Below, piece after piece: positions 8,444-17,467 of a DNA stretch of 42,749 nt (the stretch's first letter is position 1; the number at the start of each line of letters is the position of its first letter). Source of the stretch: a virus. The position numbers were made by a program, and so were the translations under genes. The DNA lies in IMG/VR virus record IMGVR_UViG_3300012041_000016, positions 1 to 42,749 of that record, one strand, 5' to 3'. Below the pieces are notes generated by a model that saw only the letters and a list, made by a program, of their open reading frames with translations, was not told the DNA's origin and made no database searches.

Positions 8444-9099
8444 GCGGCCTCGGCGTCCTCTAGCTTAGGTGGGCGGCCACGCCCGCGCTTGGGCTCTGAA
8501 TCCGCAGGGGGAGCAGTCTGCGAAAGCAAAGCCTCCATCTGCGCTCTGAGCGTGGCCAACTCTTCGCCCTGCTTGGCTATCGTGTCGTCCTGCACCTTGG
8601 CACGGGCTGCGGCGACGTTCTTGTCGCCGGCCTCGATGAACCGCTGGGCTTGCTTCTGCAATTCGCGGACGCGCGGGGCCTGTATCTTGTCTCGGGCGCT
8701 ATCAGGAAGCGTTGCAAATTCCTCGATAGTATAGATGCCCTGTTTCTTGATGGCGTCGCGGTCTTCCTCGCGCAGAAAGGTCGCAATACTGAGCGGCGTG
8801 CCTTCCAGCGGCATTTCTTCCGCCTTCTGCCAAGCCCGGTAGCGTTCCATGATATAGGCGCGCTTGAGCCGCGCCTGCTGCACGGTCGGATTGTCGTCGG
8901 CGCCATTCACAACGCGGTCGATGTGGCTGATCTTCTCAGGCACGACGAGCGAATTGGCCTGTCCTTTCGGACACCACATGACCCAATCTTCCATTTCAGG
9001 AAGGCCGGTCTTGGGATTCACATAGGCTACGTCGGATTCAACCTCGCGCGCCTTGGTGTAGAATTTGAGGACGGTGATACTCAGTTCATTGGCAGGCAT
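8440..9099 (-). CDS. Structural-module protein with C-terminal coiled coil and AT-hook-like motif
   Basis: 219 aa. C-terminus '...SEPKRGRGRPPKLEDAEAA' contains a GRP-core AT-hook. Confidence 0.5.
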   Translation of the reverse strand: MPANELSITVLKFYTKAREVESDVAYVNPKTGLPEMEDWVMWCPKGQANSLVVPEKISHIDRVVNGADDNPTVQQARLKRAYIMERYRAWQKAEEMPLEGTPLSIATFLREEDRDAIKKQGIYTIEEFATLPDSARDKIQAPRVRELQKQAQRFIEAGDKNVAAARAKVQDDTIAKQGEELATLRAQMEALLSQTAPPADSEPKRGRGRPPKLEDAEAA

Positions 9100-9108
9100 A
9101 AAGGCTCC

Positions 9109-9342
9109 TTATGTGGCGTAGGGGTTAGTGCGGGCGATGGTCAGCGTTGCCCCGCCATCAACGGTGATCGGTGTATTGAACACCTTGCCGTTGTCGGTCG
9201 ATGACGTAATCATGACCTGTACATTCTTGCGCCCGATGACAGCGCCGGTTGCAGCCGTAAAGCTGGTGATGGACGTGGCGCCGTTGGTGATCGAGCCGGT
9301 TCCGAGAAGGACCGGACGCTTAAAAATCGAGCACGTTGACAT
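9109..9342 (-). CDS. Small Ser/Thr/Gly-rich (likely beta-rich) structural-module protein
   Basis: 77 aa. Strong AAGGAG SD 6 nt upstream of the ATG at 9342. The start lies inside the 3' end of the HNH gene. Confidence 0.6.
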   Translation of the reverse strand: MSTCSIFKRPVLLGTGSITNGATSITSFTAATGAVIGRKNVQVMITSSTDNGKVFNTPITVDGGATLTIARTNPYAT

Positions 9343-9802
9343 GGTTTTCTCCTTTGGCTTTGACGGCGCGGCGCTGATTTCGCCGAAGCGCGTTCACGTA
9401 TTTGTTTCGACAAATCCGACAGGTACGGAATGGGTTTCTCGTTGTCGGTTTGGCGACTATCGTATTTTCCGGCGTGTATTCATGCCCCTGCGGGCAATGT
9501 GTCTTGCGAGAGTTTCGTTTACCGCCCCAATCTCCGCGCGCGATATTTTCGAGATGAGTAACTGCCTCAAGATGATCCGGGTTTACGCAAGACCTGACTC
9601 GGCATTTGTGGTCAAGATCAAGACCGGCTGGTATTGGCCCTTTGTGGGCTTGATACGAGACACGATGTGCGTAATGAACCTTGCGCCGATCCCCAATTCG
9701 ACCATATCCCGCAGGATCAATCGCCGCGATCCAAAGCCAGCACCCAGACATAGGCTCCGGCATGTACTTTTCCGAAAACCGCTCAAGCAGAGTGGCCTTC
9801 AT
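9320..9802 (-). CDS. HNH endonuclease (free-standing, inside the structural operon)
   Basis: 160 aa. 'GLDLDHKCRVRSCVNPDHLEAVTHLENI' is an HNH signature. C-terminal 'CPQGHEYTPENT...RTCRICR' is the same module as in the 668..1249 product. Confidence 0.85.
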   Translation of the reverse strand: MKATLLERFSEKYMPEPMSGCWLWIAAIDPAGYGRIGDRRKVHYAHRVSYQAHKGPIPAGLDLDHKCRVRSCVNPDHLEAVTHLENIARGDWGGKRNSRKTHCPQGHEYTPENTIVAKPTTRNPFRTCRICRNKYVNALRRNQRRAVKAKGENHVNVLDF

Positions 9803-10110
9803 TCGTGTACCTCCGGTGAGGCAGGCTTCGGCACAACGCCGGTGCGCTGCAAAATCTTGATGTGGGATAGCTTCTTTTCCGTCTGCTCCAGACGTGCGTT
9901 GATCTGTTCAACGGCGTCCTTGTTGCCGTGCTCGCCTTCGACGCGATCGACAAGCGCATCAAGCTTGGCCTCGGCCTTGTCTACGCGCGAGCCGATAATC
10001 CGGCACATTTGCCGGAAGATGTCCTCGACTTCAGCCGCGCGCTTGTTTACCTTGAGAAATTTCTTCTGGTAGGTTGTCAGAAAGTGCTCGAATTCTTCCT
10101 GTAGTGTCAT
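9799..10110 (-). CDS. Coiled-coil protein of unknown function
   Basis: Start chosen at the internal ATG 10110 (GGAG SD 8 nt upstream) rather than the ORF-track start 10155. 'MTLQEEFEHFLTTYQKKFLKVNKRAAEVEDIF...'. Confidence 0.5.
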   Translation of the reverse strand: MTLQEEFEHFLTTYQKKFLKVNKRAAEVEDIFRQMCRIIGSRVDKAEAKLDALVDRVEGEHGNKDAVEQINARLEQTEKKLSHIKILQRTGVVPKPASPEVHE

Positions 10111-10723
10111 CGGTATCGCTCCATAGTTCGGTTTCGTGCGGGCGTGGTCGGCCATGGAAACAAATTACCCGCGCATTCTTCGGAACCCCGTCCTGGCATT
10201 CGGTCTTCCACGAGAAAATCTGGTCGGGGATCATGTCTTGCCAGAGGTCGGCGGTTTCCTGAATTTCCTCAATCCATGCCTGGTCGCCGCCGGGGTGATA
10301 TTGCGGCCTGCCACAGCGGTCCCACACACGCCACATATGGTCCATTGTTCCGGCTTCCCATGCCATCAGGCCGGAGTTGAGATTCCCCTTGAAGTAGAAA
10401 TCACGAAGCATCGCGAACTTACCGCGATAGTTGGCAATGTCGGACAGATCGCCAGTTATAACGGTGTCGAGGTCGAAGTATAAAACCCGCTCGCCCTTGG
10501 GCAGTATGCCGGGCCGAAATAAGGAAATTTTTGCCCACCAACCGTGAACCCCAGGATCAGCCTCGACGGTTCGTACCCCATTGGGCACTAAGGCTGGATT
10601 ATCCGTTACGCACCACGGGCGGTATGTGTACAGATGTCGATCTACGCCATCAAAGAGACGACGGATGTATTCCGTCCCGCGTTCGCAGTAATTCCCGACG
10701 TGAACGCAGACGACGTTAATCAT
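10031..10723 (-). CDS. Putative GT-A-type glycosyltransferase (DxD motif)
   Basis: 230 aa. 'VLYFDLDTVITGDL' is a DxD motif in the context expected for nucleotide-sugar transferases. The ATG overlaps the upstream stop (ATGA at 10720-10723). Confidence 0.5.
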   Translation of the reverse strand: MINVVCVHVGNYCERGTEYIRRLFDGVDRHLYTYRPWCVTDNPALVPNGVRTVEADPGVHGWWAKISLFRPGILPKGERVLYFDLDTVITGDLSDIANYRGKFAMLRDFYFKGNLNSGLMAWEAGTMDHMWRVWDRCGRPQYHPGGDQAWIEEIQETADLWQDMIPDQIFSWKTECQDGVPKNARVICFHGRPRPHETELWSDTDDTTGRIRALSDNLPEEISQGKQARG

Positions 10724-12126
10724 TCGCCACCGTACACATAGAGGCTGTCATGCCCGATCCGGGCGGCGCGGTAGTATTGACGCCGTTTCAGCCAGTCGCG
10801 CGCTGCATCCGGCTTCAAGCCATGCAGGTCGGCGGCGAGTTTGTTTTCCTCGATGATAATGGCGGGCTTGAACCGCCTGATCGTACTTTCCGCCCCGCGC
10901 AGCGCCGGCTCCTCATAGCCCTCGATGTCGAGCCAGATCAGGTCGCACTCATCGAGAACCATGTCATCGATTGGCGCGACGATTGTCTCGTCGCCGGCAA
11001 CGATGTGAACCGCGCCTGAATTGCCCTTCTCATGGCTGGCGGTGCCTACCTTGCTCTTGAACTCGCCCAGCGCATAGCGCTTCTTGGTGATGTTGGTCTG
11101 GCTTTCCGTGTTCTTGAGCAGGCAGGCGAAGTTTTCACGGTTCGGCTCGAACGTGCTGACGTGCTCGAAGTAGCTTGCCAACGCCCTCGGATAGACACCG
11201 ACATTGCCGCCGGCCTGAATGCATGTCCCGCGCCGGGGGATTAACTTCATGAACTCCGGGATGTTGCGGGATTCACGCAGGATGAAATTGCGCCCTTGAA
11301 CGTCGGTTGTGGGCCATTCAAACGGCTGGTTTGTCTTGAGCCAATGGCCATAGCGCGCCTGCAACAGTCCATCCCCGAACATCGTGTACTCGGTCGGCTC
11401 GACTTCCGGGTCGCGGCTTTGCTCCATGAGCGAGATAAAATCTTCGACCTGCCCTATGAACGGTATGCGCGTTTGATAGCCGTCGTAATTTACCCACGCC
11501 TTCGCGTCTTGATGGTCGGGGTAAGCGTGTGACGCCTTACCTCGAAATGAACTGTCGAGCCCATGCAGATGGAACTTTCTAAAGCCCAGGTGATAGCCTA
11601 GCGTGATCCAGCGCAGCCCCATGGTGGTTCCGCCCGGTATCTGCGTCCAGCCCTTGTCGCCGTAGTGCTGGCCTAGAAGTTCGTCCAGCCCGTCTATCGG
11701 ATGCAGGTGCCATAGATAAACCCGGCATTTCGCGGCCAGGAGCTTGTCAAAGACCTTGGGATGAACGCATGAGCCAAGGAAGTAAGCGACCTTCGGGTGC
11801 GGCTCTATGATGTCAACAATATTGTCTTTCGGGTGGCAAATGCCGCACATATGCGGCACAACGCCCTTGCCGAGAAGATAGGACAATGACCCATTCACGG
11901 CAGCAACGTAGCCGGTCAGTTGCGGGTAGGTGTCCTCAAGACTAGGCCCGCCGCCGGCAATCGAAAGTATCTGATCGTGCGCGGCGCATTGCGTGACTTC
12001 CGGCAGGCCCAGCGACAGCGCATAGCGGACATTTTCGAGTAGCTGTTCCGGCGTGTGAGTCGGAATCAAAGCGAAGTTGAACGGCGTGGGTTGATAGCCC
12101 ACGCCGCCCTTTGTCATGTCGTGCAC
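10720..12126 (-). CDS. Fusion protein: N-terminal Maf/DUF115 (MptE-like) glycosyltransferase-like domain plus C-terminal FkbM-family methyltransferase
   Basis: 468 aa. N-terminal half has 'SIAGGGPSL', 'AAVNGSLSYLLGKGVVPHMCGICHP' and 'GGTTMGLRWITLGYHLGFRKFHLHGLDSS'. C-terminal half has 'CIQAGGNVGVYPRALA', 'VSTFEPNRENF' and 'LIWLDIEGYEEPALRGA' (Methyltransf_21/FkbM-like). The GTG start abuts the stop of the decoration-like gene; an alternative ATG is at 12117. Confidence 0.55.
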   Translation of the reverse strand: MHDMTKGGVGYQPTPFNFALIPTHTPEQLLENVRYALSLGLPEVTQCAAHDQILSIAGGGPSLEDTYPQLTGYVAAVNGSLSYLLGKGVVPHMCGICHPKDNIVDIIEPHPKVAYFLGSCVHPKVFDKLLAAKCRVYLWHLHPIDGLDELLGQHYGDKGWTQIPGGTTMGLRWITLGYHLGFRKFHLHGLDSSFRGKASHAYPDHQDAKAWVNYDGYQTRIPFIGQVEDFISLMEQSRDPEVEPTEYTMFGDGLLQARYGHWLKTNQPFEWPTTDVQGRNFILRESRNIPEFMKLIPRRGTCIQAGGNVGVYPRALASYFEHVSTFEPNRENFACLLKNTESQTNITKKRYALGEFKSKVGTASHEKGNSGAVHIVAGDETIVAPIDDMVLDECDLIWLDIEGYEEPALRGAESTIRRFKPAIIIEENKLAADLHGLKPDAARDWLKRRQYYRAARIGHDSLYVYGGE

Positions 12127-12633
12127 TTAGTTGCGCACCGTCACAACGTTGGTCGTGAACGGCCCTTCGAGCCAATAGCTGTCAACGAACGTGCCCACGA
12201 CGTGAACGGTCGTGGTCTTGCGCGCGTTGAAGATATGGTCACCGATGACCGACGCATCGTCCACCGAGCCCGCCGTGCCGGTCAAGGCAAGGAAGCCCGA
12301 TGAATGCGTGATCGAGGTCAGGCCGCGGGCCTGCGCGATGCCGTGCGTTTGATACCAGCCAAATTTGGTCGTGGTATCGCAAGCCGCCATTGCAACCGCC
12401 AGCGGGTAAGTCCCGTTAGCAGTAGCGCGGACGGACGTGCCGAGCGCCGGGGCATATCCAACCCAATCGGAAGCGGCGGTAGAGCCGACACCCTTGAGGT
12501 AGATAAACTTGCCGGCGCCGTAGGTTTCGTCAACGGCATCGACGCGCGTACCGAGCGCGTGACGCTGCGTGGTTTCCGGAGTGCTGTTGATCGGTTGCCA
12601 ACCAGCGCCGGGAGTCGTGATTCTCCAAGTCAT
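12127..12633 (-). CDS. Putative capsid decoration/cement protein
   Basis: 168 aa, AAGGAG SD, immediately downstream of the major capsid gene. Function assigned by position. Confidence 0.5.
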   Translation of the reverse strand: MTWRITTPGAGWQPINSTPETTQRHALGTRVDAVDETYGAGKFIYLKGVGSTAASDWVGYAPALGTSVRATANGTYPLAVAMAACDTTTKFGWYQTHGIAQARGLTSITHSSGFLALTGTAGSVDDASVIGDHIFNARKTTTVHVVGTFVDSYWLEGPFTTNVVTVRN

Positions 12634-12657
12634 AGCAATATCTCCTTGTGCTGGCGA

Positions 12658-13608
12658 TTAATCGAATAGGCGGCCTTGCAGCGAGCGATTGCTCGTCACA
12701 AGTTGGCCCATCCAATACATCGGGATAATCACCGCATCCTGGTTCGTCGGGACTTTTTCATCGTCCTGCGTCCACTGAGCGTCTTTGTGCTGCACGAGCT
12801 TCAGGTAATCGGTGTTAAGGAAGTAACCGATTTCAGCAGTCGTGCCGAAGTTGGTGTTGGTGTCGAAGATGACGTCTGCCGTCTTATACTTCAGCGATTC
12901 AAAGCCTGCCGACGCCGATGAAGACGAGGCATAGCGTTGGTTCGCCTGAAGCGCCGACTCGTAGTAATTGAAGAAGTCATGCGAGAAGACGATCAGGTCG
13001 GGCTTGTCCATGCCGCGCACCAGCGACAGCCACAGCGTATTCATATCGCCAATGATTGTCGTAGCGGACGGCGTGCCGGTCGTGACGAACTTCGACTTCC
13101 AGAAGGTATAAGTACCGGAGACGATGCCGCCCACGGTGCCCGTACCATCTGCCGTCGCAATTGCGCCAAGGCCGCCGATCTGGTTTGAGAGCGCACCCGT
13201 CGAATACAGGTCAACCGACATGTTGTTCGCCGTGGTCCGCTTGGCGTTGGCAATACGCGCCTTGACCAGCTTTATCATCGCCTCTTCGCCGCTGTTCATG
13301 CGGATTTCCCGCCCTGAAGCTACGACGTGGATAGCCGACTGTGCCCAATCATACTTCGCAGCCGACAGAACGTCGGACGCGGAGGTGTCGAGCGGATCAT
13401 AACCGGAATAGCGCATGAACGTGCTGTTCTCAGCCCAGTCCAGCGGCTCGACGATTTCGTAGCCGCCGCTGACGGTTTCGATCTGCCCTTTCTTTTTGAG
13501 TCGCGACATCAAGGCATTCTGAAGCGACACGTTGTCAGTGATTTCCTTGGGGTGATGCCTCAAGGTCGTCGTCACCATCTCGGTGAACGTCGAGTTGGGG
13601 GAAGCCAT
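12658..13608 (-). CDS. Major capsid protein
   Basis: 316 aa, follows the scaffold-like gene. 'MASPNSTFTEMVTTTLRHHPKEITDNVSLQNALMSRLKKKG...' resembles podovirus major capsid N-termini. SD AAGGTG. Confidence 0.75.
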   Translation of the reverse strand: MASPNSTFTEMVTTTLRHHPKEITDNVSLQNALMSRLKKKGQIETVSGGYEIVEPLDWAENSTFMRYSGYDPLDTSASDVLSAAKYDWAQSAIHVVASGREIRMNSGEEAMIKLVKARIANAKRTTANNMSVDLYSTGALSNQIGGLGAIATADGTGTVGGIVSGTYTFWKSKFVTTGTPSATTIIGDMNTLWLSLVRGMDKPDLIVFSHDFFNYYESALQANQRYASSSSASAGFESLKYKTADVIFDTNTNFGTTAEIGYFLNTDYLKLVQHKDAQWTQDDEKVPTNQDAVIIPMYWMGQLVTSNRSLQGRLFD

Positions 13609-13621
13609 AGCTCACACCTTT

Positions 13622-14668
13622 CTAGCGTGTGGCCGATCTCCGATAGACTTCCCGCATCGTGTCTTCCATCGAACGAGGTGCTGAGGAATTGGCGGTCGAA
13701 CTCTTGACGTTGAGCGGGGCTGACCGCTTGGCGTCAGATGAACGCTTTTTGGCTTCCTCAAGCCGCTTGGCCTCTTCCGCCTTCTTCTCGGCCTCTAGCA
13801 CTTTGGCGCGCGCTTCCGGGTTTGCCCATCTGGCGCGGTCATAGGCTTTGGCGAGAACTTCGGTTATCGGGAGGTCGGGCGACTTCTGCTTGAGCACGAT
13901 GATTTCATGCTCGATCTCGTCTTCAAGGTCCGCGAAATCGGTTTTGTCTTTCGCAAAATCGGCAATTTGGGTTTGAATGGCCCCTTGTCTGCGCTCAAAT
14001 TCCTGGCGCTCTTGAGAGGACATCCGTTGCGATACTTCGGATTGCCAGCGGCGAAGGTCGGCTATCTCAGCGCGCAACGCATGTTCTGTTGCGTTCTGAG
14101 GTGAACCTTGCAGGCCGGCTAACGCTCGCAGATCGACCCCGTAAGCCTCAGCAAGATCCCGGATGGCAGAACGGGCGTCTCTTTCCAAATAGTCATTAGC
14201 GCGCAGGACTTGGGAAATCCCCTCCTCCACGCTCATGCCGTATTTGTCGAAGGTCGGCCTGCTCTGTTCCAGAACTCTTTGGAACGGCTCGTAGGCTTTC
14301 AACTGCTGCCCTTGCCGTGAGATATGCTCGTGGGCTTCCTGTTCCCGTTTGGCGACAAACGCCTTCACGTCGGATGGCAGGACATCCCACTTCGCCTTCA
14401 CATCGGCGGACCAGGACTGAGGGACGGGGATGGCAGTCGGAGACTGTTCCGGCGTTTTCTCGGTCGGGCTCTGGTCGGATTTGCTTGCGAACCGTCCATC
14501 GGGGGAGCGGTCAGGGTTGTTCTTCGCGTAGATGGCGCGCAGATCATCGTCTACGGACGGCGCAACATCATCTGTCGGTGCGTCTGAGGTATCGGTATCG
14601 GCTACAGCCTCGGTGGGCGCAGCAACGTCGTCAGCAGGCGCTAAATCAGCGCCTTCTTCATCGGCCAT
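13622..14668 (-). CDS. Scaffolding protein
   Basis: 348 aa, very acidic N-terminus and long charged helical segments (…EAEKKAEEAKRLEEAKKR…). Position between the portal block and the capsid gene. Confidence 0.65.
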   Translation of the reverse strand: MADEEGADLAPADDVAAPTEAVADTDTSDAPTDDVAPSVDDDLRAIYAKNNPDRSPDGRFASKSDQSPTEKTPEQSPTAIPVPQSWSADVKAKWDVLPSDVKAFVAKREQEAHEHISRQGQQLKAYEPFQRVLEQSRPTFDKYGMSVEEGISQVLRANDYLERDARSAIRDLAEAYGVDLRALAGLQGSPQNATEHALRAEIADLRRWQSEVSQRMSSQERQEFERRQGAIQTQIADFAKDKTDFADLEDEIEHEIIVLKQKSPDLPITEVLAKAYDRARWANPEARAKVLEAEKKAEEAKRLEEAKKRSSDAKRSAPLNVKSSTANSSAPRSMEDTMREVYRRSATR

Positions 14669-14680
14669 AGGTTATCCTTG

Positions 14681-15019
14681 TTACTTGGTGCGCAGGCTTT
14701 CCGCGATTTCCTCGCGAAGCGGTAGCCCGCGCTTCGCAGCAAACTTAGGGTTCACATACTTGCCTGGGGTTCTGTGGTGCATGGGATGCCTAAGGCTTGG
14801 TTCCCATTCCACGCAGTCATTGGCTTTAAGGTCTTCCCGTCTTGTCGAGCGCGAGCCAATCAGCTTTCCGTCTACGGGCGAGCGATAGGGCTCAATATCA
14901 CGCACGACCATGGGCGCATTGAAATCGGCGCGCTGGGGGCGCTGTGTCACGCATTCCGCTGGCCATGGTTCGTCCAGGTCATGCCATTCCCAGCAGACCT
15001 TGCAGAGACGCTGTGTCAC
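14681..15019 (-). CDS. Hypothetical head-module protein
   Basis: 112-aa ORF in the operon, no recognisable motif. Confidence 0.5.
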   Translation of the reverse strand: MTQRLCKVCWEWHDLDEPWPAECVTQRPQRADFNAPMVVRDIEPYRSPVDGKLIGSRSTRREDLKANDCVEWEPSLRHPMHHRTPGKYVNPKFAAKRGLPLREEIAESLRTK

Positions 15020-15035
15020 GGCGTAAAGTCTCCCA

Positions 15036-15548
15036 TTACATTACCATCAACAGCAGCATAACCGCCGCCTCATCGTCTTCGGCCCGGCGCCCGTCTTCTA
15101 TTTCAATCAGCCGCTCGATCTCGGCCATCGTGCCGTTGATCTGGGCTAGGAGTTCTCTATCCCGGCTGTAGCGTTTTCCTGAGCCTGCGAGCGCGCCTGA
15201 GAGCCTTGCGGCAACGTCTTGGGCAATGGCGACAAGCTGCTCGGGCGGGGCATTCTGGGGCTTCTCTGTGCCTTCCAGCGCATTTGCCGTGCGTTTCTTG
15301 CCGGTTGCGCGGGCGTAGGCTTCTTCAATCGTGTCCTCTAGTTCACGGGCTTTCGCCTTGATTGCGGCGCGGCGTAGGACTTCCTCGCGCTCGGCGCGGC
15401 GCTCCCTCTTGCGGAGGGCTCTTACCTGTTCCTCGGATAGCCAGCCGCCAGTTGTGACGGCGGGAGGCGTAGGTGTTACGCCGCTGGTTCCCCAACTATT
15501 TGCCCAAGCTGATGATGCGCCCCAGCTTGCGCCCCATGCGTCGGCCAC
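15036..15548 (-). CDS. Hypothetical head-module protein (Trp/Gly/Ser repeats plus charged coiled coil)
   Basis: 170 aa. 'ADAWGASWGASSAWANSWGTSG' followed by an Arg/Glu-rich helix. Confidence 0.5.
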   Translation of the reverse strand: MADAWGASWGASSAWANSWGTSGVTPTPPAVTTGGWLSEEQVRALRKRERRAEREEVLRRAAIKAKARELEDTIEEAYARATGKKRTANALEGTEKPQNAPPEQLVAIAQDVAARLSGALAGSGKRYSRDRELLAQINGTMAEIERLIEIEDGRRAEDDEAAVMLLLMVM

Positions 15549-16049
15549 TTATGGCCCCCATTCATCGCCGAGGGCGCCGGTTCCCGTCACTTCCACATCA
15601 TTGACATACTGAATATTGGCGTTGACCTGATTGGCGACGGTGAAGGTGAGCGCGCCCACTTTGGCGTCGAGATCAAGCCCGCCAGCGTCGGAGATCGGCA
15701 AGCCGCCCGCTGCGTCCGCTGCGGCATCCGGCAGTGCCGTCATGCCGCCATTTGTGGCTTTCACCACATTGTAAAGCAGGCCCACGTCATCGATAGTCGC
15801 TACCGCGCCACGAATAGCCAAGGGGCCGACCGTATTGGTATCTCCAGTTCCCAAGCTGACCTTATACCAGCCAGACGAAACCTCCGTGGCATTGGTAGCG
15901 CCCGCTGCCGGGTTGCCGAAGGCGCCGCCATTCTTTGAAATCGTCATGGCAATAGTCTTGCCGGTGGCCTCGGTCACATGATCGGCTGACAGATACGCCT
16001 TGAACATGACGACCTGGGCTATCGACTGCGGGATTGTGAAGCCTGACAT
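15549..16049 (-). CDS. Hypothetical virion-associated protein
   Basis: 166-aa ORF abutting its neighbours. Gly/Ala/Thr-rich composition suggesting beta structure. Confidence 0.5.
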   Translation of the reverse strand: MSGFTIPQSIAQVVMFKAYLSADHVTEATGKTIAMTISKNGGAFGNPAAGATNATEVSSGWYKVSLGTGDTNTVGPLAIRGAVATIDDVGLLYNVVKATNGGMTALPDAAADAAGGLPISDAGGLDLDAKVGALTFTVANQVNANIQYVNDVEVTGTGALGDEWGP

Positions 16050-16052
16050 GTT

Positions 16053-17225
16053 CTAAAATCCCGAAGCGATGCGCGCGCGTGAGCCGGTGGGCGTGCCGTC
16101 GTCAAATGATGAAATGCGGACCCCTAACTGATAGACTGTGACCGGGGTGCCCTCCTCTGCAAAGGCACCAGCGCCATTCTGGCGCGTTCCCTTGCGCAGT
16201 GACGTCCCCTTGCCGAAGAATGTCCGATAAGCAGTGTTGCCAAGAGTGCCCGTACTTACTTGGACATTGCCCGCGCCATTGGCGCGAACGGCCAAACAAT
16301 AGTCCGTGTTTTTGGTGAGGCTTATCTCAGCAGGCAGTGTCATGAATACGGCGCGAGGCGAGTTGACCGGCCCCAGTTGTTCGGCCAAGACGACAACCTG
16401 CGCGCCGCTGATAGCGGTTGGCCCTGCGCCTGCGGCGAGCGGGTCGGAATAAAGCGTTACGGTGTAATCCGACGTGGTTCCGCTGGCTATCCCAATATGT
16501 CCCCAAAAACCATCAACCTTACAATCCCACGGAACTTGGAAAATCATCCCGCGTTCATCGGGGTTATCCGAATCCGCATAGGCTTCCGTCCCGCCGGAGG
16601 TAAGCGGGATGCAGTAGTCTAAAATCCCCAAAGTGCCATCATCAAATGTTATAACAACATTCGGGTTTAAATCAGCATCGGCCCATGTTCCGGCTAACTT
16701 CGTCAAAACCTGGGGGCGTTGCGGGTTAGTGGTGCTACCAGCTAAAACACTGATGGCTTGCGTCGCTATGATAACCGAATCCGTAGCGGCGCGGGCCGTC
16801 ATATCCCACCGAATAGCGATTAGATCGCCATGCGCGATAGTCTTTGACCCGCTGCCGCCCGTCATAGAAACGGTATTCCAAGCGGCGGAAGTTATCCCAC
16901 CGCCATTACCAAGCAACGCAGCAGATGCCACATCTGGGCTTTCGTCCGGCCTGCCGGGGTTGCCCGTCGTCGTACCAACATCCTCAATGCTAACCGTGAC
17001 GGACGTACCAACATCGGTAAATGTACAGGTGCCAGTTCTGAACGACACCGAACCGCCACCTGCGGCGCTGATAGTCTTCGATGCCGGTCTGCCTGCAATG
17101 TAGCAGTGGCCAATCATTCCAACCATCTCACCGGCAGCATCCATAGTGGTAGAGCTTACAAGAGCGACCCACACACCTTGATATAAGGGATATACATATC
17201 CGCCGGGTATTGAGACTTGTGTCAT
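16053..17225 (-). CDS. Hypothetical virion-associated protein with internally repeated Ser/Thr/Gly-rich segments
   Basis: 390-aa ORF between the portal and scaffold genes. Its composition resembles the triple-repeat protein at 36996..38258. Confidence 0.5.
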   Translation of the reverse strand: MTQVSIPGGYVYPLYQGVWVALVSSTTMDAAGEMVGMIGHCYIAGRPASKTISAAGGGSVSFRTGTCTFTDVGTSVTVSIEDVGTTTGNPGRPDESPDVASAALLGNGGGITSAAWNTVSMTGGSGSKTIAHGDLIAIRWDMTARAATDSVIIATQAISVLAGSTTNPQRPQVLTKLAGTWADADLNPNVVITFDDGTLGILDYCIPLTSGGTEAYADSDNPDERGMIFQVPWDCKVDGFWGHIGIASGTTSDYTVTLYSDPLAAGAGPTAISGAQVVVLAEQLGPVNSPRAVFMTLPAEISLTKNTDYCLAVRANGAGNVQVSTGTLGNTAYRTFFGKGTSLRKGTRQNGAGAFAEEGTPVTVYQLGVRISSFDDGTPTGSRARIASGF

Positions 17226-17467
17226 TCTACAAACGCCCCAAGCCCAAGCAGATATGTCCTGATCTGCGCGTAGGTGGTATTCCCGGCAGCTTGGGCTTCA
17301 CGCACCTGGAGCTTAATCCGCTCGCGAATGTACTCATCGTCCGTGGGCGCCGCAGCGATAAGTTCGCTCATCAGATAGGTGCGATTGATCGTCCCTTGCG
17401 ACGTGCTGATCGTGAAATGCACATGGTTGTTGCCAGCGCATCGGCTGATTGCGGTATGTTGGGCCAT
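17222..17467 (-). CDS. Small hypothetical protein
   Basis: 81 aa. Start and stop overlap the neighbouring genes. Confidence 0.45.
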   Translation of the reverse strand: MAQHTAISRCAGNNHVHFTISTSQGTINRTYLMSELIAAAPTDDEYIRERIKLQVREAQAAGNTTYAQIRTYLLGLGAFVE

